NCBI GenBank assembly: GCA_031266345.1
Contig: JAISBD010000022.1
Location: forward strand, 16,451 to 80,450
From: Puniceicoccales bacterium
GTDB lineage: Bacteria; Verrucomicrobiota; Verrucomicrobiia; Opitutales; JAIRKQ01
Reading direction: 5' to 3'
Length of the DNA stretch: 64,000 nucleotides
The notes under the pieces were generated by a model that was not told where the DNA came from, did not search any database, and saw only the letters and a program-made list of their open reading frames with translations. Below, piece after piece: positions 1-9,121 of the stretch; position 1 is the first letter of the stretch, and every line of letters begins with the position of its first letter. A program made the translations under genes and the position numbers.

Positions 1-447
<447 letters not shown>

Positions 448-450
448 TGC

Positions 451-990
451 ATGCTAAAACTAGCTAAATTAGCGGGATTGGCAGTGGAGTACGGTGGCAT
501 GCCATTATTTCCCTGCTTCAAGAGAGTTAGGCGTCTATGGGGCAATATTCGCGGCAAGCGCGTTGAAGTTTTCATTGCCCGTCCTAGCCGAATCGCGACA
601 AACATGGTTGCCCAAATCAAGCTGAACTGGCACAATGAAGTGCATTTTTCCGCGATGCGCAAGAAGCTTGGTCTGGCTTTGATGAGGGTCCTGGGGCGGC
701 CGATAGTAGCATCGGGGGACATAATTTTGGATAGAAAAATCACTTTTCAATCCAAAGACATGAACTTTGCTAAAAGGATTTTTGCCTACGAAGAAATCAG
801 GGATAAATTCGACGCACTCTGGACGGATAAACTCAGCGGCGGAGTACTGCTAATCGGCCAATCGAGCATTTTTTACCGCGAGCCGGCAAGCATATTGACC
901 CGGAGAAAGCGGGCACGCTTCGCCATTGCCATCGATCTGCTCTGCGATTTGTTTGACATACTATACTTTTATAGGTATAAAATTTCATGA
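451..990 (+). CDS. hypothetical protein (179 aa)
   Basis: ATG lies 4 nt after the serS stop and the 3' end overlaps the rmuC start (ATGA), suggesting an operon member. No recognisable motif. Confidence 0.45.
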   Translation: MLKLAKLAGLAVEYGGMPLFPCFKRVRRLWGNIRGKRVEVFIARPSRIATNMVAQIKLNWHNEVHFSAMRKKLGLALMRVLGRPIVASGDIILDRKITFQSKDMNFAKRIFAYEEIRDKFDALWTDKLSGGVLLIGQSSIFYREPASILTRRKRARFAIAIDLLCDLFDILYFYRYKIS

Positions 991-2207
991 TTGAGCACGC
1001 CTTTTTGTTCATATTGCTAGCTGCCCTTGCGCTGGGTCTGCAGCGCTGTTTTTCCCTGAAAGCGAGCCTCATAAAGACTGAAGCTGCGCTAAAATTCGAG
1101 CGGGAAAAATTTTTGCTCACCGAAAAAGTTTCCCAGGAGAAGCTCAACTTACTGAATGCGGCCGAAGAGAGGCTGCGGGAAAACTTCAGTAATTTATCTG
1201 CAAATGCGCTGAAGAGCAACAATGAGGCGTTCATCGTTTTGGCTAAGAACGCATTTTCCGGGCTTTCCAAGGAAGCGGAAAGCGAGTTCAATTCCGCCGC
1301 TAAGCCCATATGCGACTCCCTAAAGCTCTTCAATGAAAAAATTCAAAAAATTGAGGAGCAGCGCAATGTTTCCTACATCGAATTGAGCGAGCAGCTGAAG
1401 GCGATGAGCCAGGCGAACTTGGCCCTAAAAACCGAGACTTCCAGCTTAGTTAATGCTCTGCGCAAACCGGAGGTGCGCGGCCGCTGGGGAGAAATGCAGC
1501 TCAGGCGCACCGTTGAGCTATCCGGCATGATGGAGCACGTCGATTTCGAGGAGCAGGAAAGTGTGCGGTCCAGCGATGGGCAAAGTTTGCGCCCAGACAT
1601 GGTAATAAGCCTGCCGAACGAGCGCCGAATCGTCGTCGATTCCAAAGCCCCGCTGTCGCTCTATCTCGATGCAATTCAGCAGAATACCGAGCAGGAAAAG
1701 ACAAATATGCTGCACTCCTATGCCTCCAATATCCGCAAACACATCGAACACTTGAGCTCGAAAAATTATTGGGAGCAATTTTCGATTTCCCCTGAATTCG
1801 TGGTACTTTTTTTGCCCGGCGAAAATTTTTTCAGCGACGCATTGAAGGAGGATCAAAATTTGATCGAATTCGGCGTTTCCAGGCGCGTGATCCCGGCGAC
1901 ACCGACAACGTTGATTGCCCTTCTAAAGGCCATCGCCTATGGTTGGAAACAGGACGAGGTAGCAGCTGAGGCGAAAAATATTGCCGAAATCGGCCGGGAA
2001 ATGTACAAGCGATTGCGGGTGTTTTTTGACCATTTCGACAGGGTTGGAAAATCGCTATCTGCCAGTGTAAAATCCTACAATGAAGCATCCCTATCCGCCG
2101 AAACGCGCCTACTACCCCAGGCGCGCAAATTTGAGAAATTCAGCCCAGAAATTCAGTTGGCAGACGGTATGTTTTACGTCGATACCCAACCAAAATCTAA
2201 GCTGTAA
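987..2207 (+). CDS. rmuC: DNA recombination protein RmuC
   Basis: N-terminal TM segment and coiled coil, then the RmuC core RGRWGEMQLRRTVELSGM ... DMVISLPNERRIVVDSKAPL. Confidence 0.85.
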   Translation: MIEHAFLFILLAALALGLQRCFSLKASLIKTEAALKFEREKFLLTEKVSQEKLNLLNAAEERLRENFSNLSANALKSNNEAFIVLAKNAFSGLSKEAESEFNSAAKPICDSLKLFNEKIQKIEEQRNVSYIELSEQLKAMSQANLALKTETSSLVNALRKPEVRGRWGEMQLRRTVELSGMMEHVDFEEQESVRSSDGQSLRPDMVISLPNERRIVVDSKAPLSLYLDAIQQNTEQEKTNMLHSYASNIRKHIEHLSSKNYWEQFSISPEFVVLFLPGENFFSDALKEDQNLIEFGVSRRVIPATPTTLIALLKAIAYGWKQDEVAAEAKNIAEIGREMYKRLRVFFDHFDRVGKSLSASVKSYNEASLSAETRLLPQARKFEKFSPEIQLADGMFYVDTQPKSKL

Positions 2208-2227
2208 ATTTATACCCGAAGCTTTAC

Positions 2228-3730
2228 TTATAGTCCCAATATGGCCTTTAATGTTAATTGGTGCTCATGGTCAGAATTAACCATAATTCTCATGTGCCCG
2301 ATATCCAGTGTTACACCTTCATGCCTTCCCACATCGGGGTCTACTTTAACGGCATCGGGCCCTATTTCGGGGTGAGCCCTAAGGAATTGTTGATATTCGC
2401 CATCACTTTCCAGTTGGCTATCAACAATTTGCTCAGCCTCGTGGAGAGACTTGCCCTCGCTTCTTACCAGCACATCTATGTTTAGCTTCCTTATTTCGCG
2501 AAAGGCTTGCAAATCTTCAAAGGTAGTTTTAGTTGGAGAAGTGTAGGATTTTAAATAATTTTGCCACTCACCTTGCAACTGATCATCAGCTTGTTTTATT
2601 GCATTGGCTTCAGGCATCTCACTGTTTTTCAATTTTTTTATAATCTTGTCCCTTTTTTCAAATAGGCTTCGCAAGTCCGGATTGAAAACAGTTTTTTGCA
2701 AGTCAGAAGGTTTGCCAAAGCGGTGATGTTCTTTGTAATACTGCTCATATGCAATTAGCAGTTGCTCTCTAATAGAAATAGAAATAGGGGCCTTAAAAAG
2801 AGTTTGCACAGCTTTGATAACCCACTTTTCTCCAAACAATTTGTGGCAATTTTCAAGGGATTCTTTTGTAATACCATCCTCTCCCGAAAGCAAAATTCGC
2901 AGAGCTGTAATTGGCCCAGATAGGAGAGGAGAAAAATCCCTTGGAGTTGGCGAATCGTTGTAGCCAACGCATTCTTCCGATGTTGTAATAGCAAATTCTG
3001 GGTTTGAGCAGAAATTACATAAATTTTGGGCAAAAGTTTTTAAATCCTTTGGATTTTGTAGGTCTAGTTGCATAGAAGACTCTAATAATTCTCCCATTTC
3101 CCTATATGCTTCAGCTCCAATTATTTTGGCATTGTCGGGAAGTTGATATGTTTGATATGGAGCTGAAGGATCTTGGCGCTGTCTTTTTGTCTCATTTCCG
3201 ATAACATAGCCTTCCATTACCTCGTACCCCATACAAAGTCCCTGTGCAGCTCCTATTATGCGCAGTCCTTGAGAATCTGGTATTCCACCGCAATTATCTA
3301 GAATCTGCGCTGTCCATGCCCTAACCGCATTAGGGCTCGGAAAATTTTCACTCTGAAGAGTACTTGCAATGATAGGAGTATTGCTTGGGTCTATGGTGGA
3401 TACCCGCAAGCTTTCCCCATTTGGCAATAAAACTTTTGATGTTTGTGGCACAAATATCGCCGGGGCGGGCGGGGTTTGCGCCAATGTTTGCTGCGTGGGC
3501 GGTGTTCGCGATGGCGTATTTGTTGGAGAAACTAAACCATGCTTAGGGCTAGGAATCGACGACGCACCTGGCCTGCGATTGGATAGCGGGGTCTGGGACA
3601 TTCGACTACTATTCAGATTTGATCCCGGAGGTAAATGGCTTTGCGTTGCAATTCTACGGGGAAAAGTACGTTCCACTGCTCCTGAATTGCCCATTTCGCT
3701 TGCTGAACTTGCTCCCGATATCTCCCTCAT
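2228..3730 (-). CDS. orphan protein (500 aa) with a Pro/Ser/Thr-rich disordered N-terminus; candidate secreted protein
   Basis: Long ORF with no competing ORF. The first ~100 aa are low-complexity P/S/T/Q-rich and lack a Sec signal. No family motif recognised. Confidence 0.6.
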   Translation of the reverse strand: MREISGASSASEMGNSGAVERTFPRRIATQSHLPPGSNLNSSRMSQTPLSNRRPGASSIPSPKHGLVSPTNTPSRTPPTQQTLAQTPPAPAIFVPQTSKVLLPNGESLRVSTIDPSNTPIIASTLQSENFPSPNAVRAWTAQILDNCGGIPDSQGLRIIGAAQGLCMGYEVMEGYVIGNETKRQRQDPSAPYQTYQLPDNAKIIGAEAYREMGELLESSMQLDLQNPKDLKTFAQNLCNFCSNPEFAITTSEECVGYNDSPTPRDFSPLLSGPITALRILLSGEDGITKESLENCHKLFGEKWVIKAVQTLFKAPISISIREQLLIAYEQYYKEHHRFGKPSDLQKTVFNPDLRSLFEKRDKIIKKLKNSEMPEANAIKQADDQLQGEWQNYLKSYTSPTKTTFEDLQAFREIRKLNIDVLVRSEGKSLHEAEQIVDSQLESDGEYQQFLRAHPEIGPDAVKVDPDVGRHEGVTLDIGHMRIMVNSDHEHQLTLKAILGL

Positions 3731-3921
3731 ATTTCAACCCTTCTAATTTTGAAAAATTCAGGATATAAAAATTTTTAGCTAAGGCAAGAAAAAATTTAGA
3801 AAAAGGATTAGCGGGAATGCGGAATGTGGACCAGGCGTTGGTAAAAATTTAACGGCCAGCCCATGATTTCAATTTGGGCAAGGAAAATCTCGGGATAGGT
3901 GGCGAGGATTGCAAACAAACC

Positions 3922-5388
3922 CTAAATATTTGGGTGCAAATCTTTGTACCCATGGGCGGATTCAAATTCATAGGCGAGGGACAAAATTTCATGCTCCTTG
4001 AAGGGCTTACCGAGGATTTGCATGCCTATGGGCAGGTTTCCACTGGACATTCCACAGGGAATCGAAATTGCACAGGCCCCCACCATGTTGGCTTGCACGG
4101 TGAATATGTCGCAGAGATACATCTGCAGCGGATCGAACTTTTTCTTGCCAAGCTCAAAGGCAACGGTCGGCGTAACCGGCGCTATTATGGCGTTAACTTC
4201 ATCAAATACTCGCATGAAGTCGTTCCTAATCAAGGTCCTAACTTTTTGTGCGCGGCGGTAATAGGAGTCGAAATTTTCACTGCTCAAAACGTAGGTCCCC
4301 AGCATGATCCTGCGCTTAACTTCCTCTCCAAACCCTTCCTCACGCGTTTTGAAAAATATGTCAATTGCATTTTTCGCAGCCTTTGAACGAAGCCCGTACC
4401 TGACCCCGTCGAAGCGGGCAAGATTGGAAGAAGCTTCGGCGGTGGCGATGACGTAGTAGGCGGGCATCACGTACTTCGTCATCTCAAGGGACACTTCCAC
4501 TATTTCGTGGCCGGCTGACCGGTAAAATTCTATGGCGCGCTCCAGTGCCTCCCTGATTTCGGGATCAAGGCCGTCTTGGAAATATTCCACCGGCACACCT
4601 AATTTCTTCAGGGACTTGAACTTCGGCAGCTCGGCCGAGTAATCGGGTAAGCTGAAGGGAAAACTCGAGGAATCCTTCCTATCCACGCCAACTATTACCT
4701 GAAATAGTGCGGCAATGTCCTCCACTGACCGCCCCATGGGCCCAATTTGGTCGAGGGAGCTGGCAAAGGCAACGAGGCCGTAGCGGCTAACGGCGCCGTA
4801 GGAGGGCTTAAGGCCGCATATGCCGCAAAATGCTGCCGGCTGGCGGATCGATCCCCCCGTGTCGCTGCCTAGGGCAAGGATGGTTTCCCCCGCCGCCACG
4901 GAAGCGGCACTCCCACCGCTGCTCCCGCCCGGCACACAACTGAGATTCCACGGATTGGAAACCGGCTTGTAAGCGGAATTTTCGTTGGACGAGCCCATGG
5001 CAAATTCGTCCATGTTTAGCCGCCCCCACAGGACGCAGCCGGCTGCACGCAGGCGCTCGGTCACCGTCGCATCATAGGGGGAGATGAAATTTTCAAGGAT
5101 CCTGCTCCCGCAGGTCAGGGGCTGTCCCTTTTCGGCGATGAGGTCCTTCAAGCCGACGGGGATTCCATCCAGCGGGCTCAATGGTCGGCCACTTTTGTGC
5201 CTAGCGTCGGATTCTTCGGCTTCCTTCAGGGTCTTGGCCTCGTCGAAGGATAAAAATGCACCGATTTCCCTGTCCACTTGCTTTGTTCGCTCGATAACCG
5301 CCTTTGCCAGCTCCACCGACGAAATCTCCCGCCCACTAAGCATCGCGAAGAGTTGGTGGGCGGGCTTGAAAAATATTCTATCATCCAT
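3922..5388 (-). CDS. gatA: Glu/Asp-tRNA amidotransferase subunit A
   Basis: Amidase signature GGSSGGSAA..GSDTGGSIRQPA. Start placed at MDDRIFFKPA (ATG 5388), 7 nt after the gatC stop; the track ORF extends to 5448. Confidence 0.92.
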   Translation of the reverse strand: MDDRIFFKPAHQLFAMLSGREISSVELAKAVIERTKQVDREIGAFLSFDEAKTLKEAEESDARHKSGRPLSPLDGIPVGLKDLIAEKGQPLTCGSRILENFISPYDATVTERLRAAGCVLWGRLNMDEFAMGSSNENSAYKPVSNPWNLSCVPGGSSGGSAASVAAGETILALGSDTGGSIRQPAAFCGICGLKPSYGAVSRYGLVAFASSLDQIGPMGRSVEDIAALFQVIVGVDRKDSSSFPFSLPDYSAELPKFKSLKKLGVPVEYFQDGLDPEIREALERAIEFYRSAGHEIVEVSLEMTKYVMPAYYVIATAEASSNLARFDGVRYGLRSKAAKNAIDIFFKTREEGFGEEVKRRIMLGTYVLSSENFDSYYRRAQKVRTLIRNDFMRVFDEVNAIIAPVTPTVAFELGKKKFDPLQMYLCDIFTVQANMVGACAISIPCGMSSGNLPIGMQILGKPFKEHEILSLAYEFESAHGYKDLHPNI

Positions 5389-5395
5389 GGCAAAA

Positions 5396-5686
5396 TTACT
5401 CCACAACTTTTGGCACAATAAACTGATTATCACGCTGCTCGGGGGCATTCATAAGCGCCTCTTCCACGGAAAGCATGGGGCCAACCAGGTCGTCCCGCAA
5501 AACATTGTACAAGGGAAATACGTGGGCAGATTCCTCGACTTCCTCAATGTCAACTTCGGATAATTTTTCCAAATAATCCAAAATTTCCCGCAAACTATCG
5601 GCAATTTTAATTCTTTCGCTTCCGCCGAGTTCAATGCGGGCAAGGGTCATCAAATGCTCAATATTTAGGTGTTTTTCTTCCATCAT
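5396..5686 (-). CDS. gatC: Glu/Asp-tRNA amidotransferase subunit C
   Basis: 96 aa with GatC-like sequence ..LARIELGGSE..LDYLEKLSEVD... Sits directly upstream of gatA. ATGA overlap with the pheT stop. Confidence 0.85.
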   Translation of the reverse strand: MMEEKHLNIEHLMTLARIELGGSERIKIADSLREILDYLEKLSEVDIEEVEESAHVFPLYNVLRDDLVGPMLSVEEALMNAPEQRDNQFIVPKVVE

Positions 5687-8100
5687 GAGACCTTCCTTAT
5701 TTCGTAAAATTTTTCCAATGCGCGCTGGCTAGCATCGAACAGGAGCTGCACCTCCCCATCGGTGAGGGTGCGCTCATTTGAGCGGAAGCCGACCTCGAAA
5801 CCGAGCGCCTTTTTGCTGGGGGCGATGCGTTCACCGGAATAGACATCGAACAGCCTGACGTACTCCATCTCCACGTGGGGTGCCAGGGATTTTTTGACGC
5901 ACTTCTCCAACACACGCTGAACGTCGCCCGCCAGCTCCCCCTTTGAAACGACCACGGAAATATCCCTTGAAATCCTTGGAAACTGGCTGAAAGGTTTGTA
6001 GACATGCTTCGCCGGCTTCCTGGTGAAAACGGAATCCGCTACTATTATTTCCCCTGCGAAAACATTGCACCTAAGATCAAAGAAAGATTTCAGCGTCTTT
6101 TTATTCAGCAAGCCGCACCTGACATCCACCCCCGAGCGCGCCAGTTGGCCATACTCCGCGCCGTAGCCCGGCTGCCAAATCTTGCTATCCGAAATCGCCC
6201 GCAGGTCGATCTGCTTGGTATCCAAGATATTAGCCAAAATATCGAAGCACAATTCTTTCATGTGGCAAAAATTCACAGTGCGGACATTCCCAATGGTACG
6301 GTCTAGACTGCTTTCAAGCGAAATTAGACCCACGGCTAGGCACTCGCTGAATTCGCCGCCAACCTTGACCGCAACTTTGCCTACTTCGAAAAATTGATCA
6401 TCGAAATTGCCGTTTTGAATATTGGAGAGGAGGGTCGATAGCAGGCCTGGGAGCAGGGATTGGCGATAGCAATTCTGATCGGACAGGAGGGGATTGCGCA
6501 AATTTATGCAGCTCCCTTCGCCGCACATGGCCTCCAGTGTGGTAGTATCGCCCAGCGAATAGTTATAGCATTCGAAGAAGCCGCGATTTACTAGCAAGTG
6601 GCGCGTCTTGGTGCAGAATGCGTATGGCCCATCATCGTTTCTGCGAACACTGGTCAGTTGCACCGGGTGTGATGGGATTTTATCGGTGCCATACACCCGC
6701 AGGCACTCTTCCACGATGTCCACGGGCAGCGCTATGTCATGGCGATGTGGAGGAACGGAGATGGCATATGTGCCGCCGTCGAAATTTACGCCAAACCCGA
6801 GGGCGGTGAGCGTGTATGCGATGAATTCTTCGCCGATTTCAAAGCCAAGGCGGCGCTCTATGAGTCCGTGCTCAACCCTCATCTCCAGTGGTGTGCACTC
6901 ATATTTTTTGGCACTAATCTTTTGAACATATTCTCCGCCGCACAGGTCAAGAACCATCTCAACGGCCCTGTTCCCGGAGCGCTCACAGGCATGGGCGTCC
7001 ACCGAACGGGCAAATCTATGGGAGCTATCCGTGGAAATCCCCAGCGCCCTTGAGGAACGCATTATGGCGGCGGGGTTGAAACAGGCGCTCTCTATTAAAA
7101 TGTCCGTGGTAGAATTATCTATTTCCGCATCAACGCTGCCAATTATGCCGGCGATAACCAGCGGACGTGCGGCATCGGCAATCACGGTAACGGTGCGGCT
7201 AAGCCCATGATTTTTCCCGTCGAGCCCAACCATGGATTCCCCGTCCAACGCGTATCTGATGTGCAGTTCCCCGTGCACTATTTTTTTCAGATCGAAGGCG
7301 TGGAGAGGATTACCCGTCTCGAGCATAACCCAGTTGCAAACATCCACGAGATTATTTACGGATTTCACCCCCGCGGCCCTCAGGTCGTTGGCCAGCCAAT
7401 CCGGGCTTGGGCCGATTTTCACACCCCTCACGCAAAAAGCGTGGTAGCAGGAGCAGTCTTCCGATTCCACGCCTATGGGCCCCATTAGCTCCATGGGATT
7501 GGAGATAGCCAGGGGCTTGGGTGGGGGAAGCTTCAGCTCTTTGCCAAGCTTGCATGCCAACTCGCGGGCCATTCCCACGTAACTCAAGCAATCGCCGCGA
7601 TTCGCAGTTACACTCAGGTCAAAAATCACATCATTTTCCACGGGCAAGACATCGTGTAAATTTGCTCCAATCGGAGAAGCGGGATCTAAAATTAGTAGGC
7701 CGGAGTGGTCATCTTTAACGCCCAGTTCCCCTCCGCTGCACATCATGCCATCGGACCGCACCCCCCTAAGCATGCTGCTATTTATACTGACATCGCCGGG
7801 TAGGATGGTCCCGGGCAAAGCCACCGGCACGCGGTCAAGTAGTTTAAAATTTTTCGCACCGCAGACGATTTGCCGCACATCATTCTCACCCACACAAACT
7901 TGGCACAGGGACAACTTATCGGCGTTTGGATGCTGCTCAATCCCCTGAATCTCACCGACAACTAGGGTATTTTGCCGCCGCAGACCGATGCATTCCATGC
8001 CCTCGACTTCAAAGCCAAGGGAGGTAAAAATATCGGGCAAAGCGGCGGTATCTACATCCACATCTACGTAGCGCTTGAGCCAATTTAAACCTATTTTCAT
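5683..8100 (-). CDS. pheT: phenylalanyl-tRNA synthetase beta subunit
   Basis: 805 aa. N-terminus MKIGLNWLKRYVDV, tRNA-binding domain, B3/4 and B5 domains, C-terminal FDX-ACB-like end. Confidence 0.93.
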   Translation of the reverse strand: MKIGLNWLKRYVDVDVDTAALPDIFTSLGFEVEGMECIGLRRQNTLVVGEIQGIEQHPNADKLSLCQVCVGENDVRQIVCGAKNFKLLDRVPVALPGTILPGDVSINSSMLRGVRSDGMMCSGGELGVKDDHSGLLILDPASPIGANLHDVLPVENDVIFDLSVTANRGDCLSYVGMARELACKLGKELKLPPPKPLAISNPMELMGPIGVESEDCSCYHAFCVRGVKIGPSPDWLANDLRAAGVKSVNNLVDVCNWVMLETGNPLHAFDLKKIVHGELHIRYALDGESMVGLDGKNHGLSRTVTVIADAARPLVIAGIIGSVDAEIDNSTTDILIESACFNPAAIMRSSRALGISTDSSHRFARSVDAHACERSGNRAVEMVLDLCGGEYVQKISAKKYECTPLEMRVEHGLIERRLGFEIGEEFIAYTLTALGFGVNFDGGTYAISVPPHRHDIALPVDIVEECLRVYGTDKIPSHPVQLTSVRRNDDGPYAFCTKTRHLLVNRGFFECYNYSLGDTTTLEAMCGEGSCINLRNPLLSDQNCYRQSLLPGLLSTLLSNIQNGNFDDQFFEVGKVAVKVGGEFSECLAVGLISLESSLDRTIGNVRTVNFCHMKELCFDILANILDTKQIDLRAISDSKIWQPGYGAEYGQLARSGVDVRCGLLNKKTLKSFFDLRCNVFAGEIIVADSVFTRKPAKHVYKPFSQFPRISRDISVVVSKGELAGDVQRVLEKCVKKSLAPHVEMEYVRLFDVYSGERIAPSKKALGFEVGFRSNERTLTDGEVQLLFDASQRALEKFYEIRKVS

Positions 8101-8126
8101 AGCAATGTGCGCACACTTAGCGAAAT

Positions 8127-9050
8127 TTAACAGCTGTGCAAGAAATTATCACTCTGAATGGTGCATGCGTCGAAAACATTTTTCACGGATAGTTCTTTCA
8201 GAGCACGGCGGGAGAGTACGGAATGGCGGGTGCAGTTTAGCGGGTAGGGGCCATATTTCCGAAAATCCGTGGGGCCGAACAGCGCCACAATCCTTTTTTG
8301 CATAGCCGCACCGATGTGTATGGGGGCACTATCGTTTGCGACGACCAGTGCGCAATGCTTAATTAGCCCCAGGGTATCGAGCAGGCTTGTCTTACCCATC
8401 AAATCCAAAATGTTACCCCGGGTAAATTTCCAACCAATGGAATTTTGCCCAAGGAGCACGATTTTTAACTTTGGGTAAGCGGCAGCCAATTCCTCAGCCA
8501 ACTCGCGGAAAAATGGCCATTGCTTTTCCACCCTCCTGCTCTCGGGAAATAGCAGAACATATTGCTCAGCGAAATTGCATAAATTTTCAATGGTGCCAAA
8601 GTTTAGTGCATATTCAAAGCTGGGCATGATGCCAAATTTTGGTAAAAATTGCAGCAAAGTATCGAGGGCATGTGGAGAATCGGATTTGCCTATCCTCTCC
8701 CCATAAAAGATGCGGGATAGCTCCCGGGAATCGCAGCGGCCAATCTTCCTAGCGGCCTTCGCAGCGCAGGTCATGAGTCCGGAACGGGCTAATCCCTGCA
8801 TATCCAAGACGGCATCGTAGCGCCGGCTACGTATCGCTTTCAACAGCTTGAAGAATGTTGAAATTCCCGTAGCGCGGTGGAATAGGTGTGTGTGCTCCAC
8901 GATGCCAGAAGCTGCCACAATGTCGGCAAAACAATCGCGGGCAACCCAGTCGATTTGCAAGCCGCTCATGTGTTTTTTCATGATCGCCGCAACTTGCAAT
9001 CCGTGCACAATGTCGCCCAAGCTGGATGGCTTTATGACCAATATATGCAT
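8127..9050 (-). CDS. glycosyltransferase family 9 (LPS heptosyltransferase-like)
   Basis: N-terminus MHILVIKPSSLGDIVH and C-terminal ..ANDSAPIHIGAA..LFGPT.., typical of the WaaC/WaaF family. Confidence 0.8.
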   Translation of the reverse strand: MHILVIKPSSLGDIVHGLQVAAIMKKHMSGLQIDWVARDCFADIVAASGIVEHTHLFHRATGISTFFKLLKAIRSRRYDAVLDMQGLARSGLMTCAAKAARKIGRCDSRELSRIFYGERIGKSDSPHALDTLLQFLPKFGIMPSFEYALNFGTIENLCNFAEQYVLLFPESRRVEKQWPFFRELAEELAAAYPKLKIVLLGQNSIGWKFTRGNILDLMGKTSLLDTLGLIKHCALVVANDSAPIHIGAAMQKRIVALFGPTDFRKYGPYPLNCTRHSVLSRRALKELSVKNVFDACTIQSDNFLHSC

Positions 9051-9121
9051 AAAAAACTTGCATTGTTTTTATCTTCCTCATAGGAGTGGTCAATCGTCAA
9101 TTTTGAGCAATTGGAGATAGT

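Noticed and set aside
2228..3730. The 500-aa ORF after gatA as a divergent gatB.
   Set aside because: Size and position fit, but none of the GatB blocks are present (for example the LEVH and PG.LP N-terminal motifs and the HLEEDAGK block), and the N-terminus is low-complexity Pro/Ser-rich.
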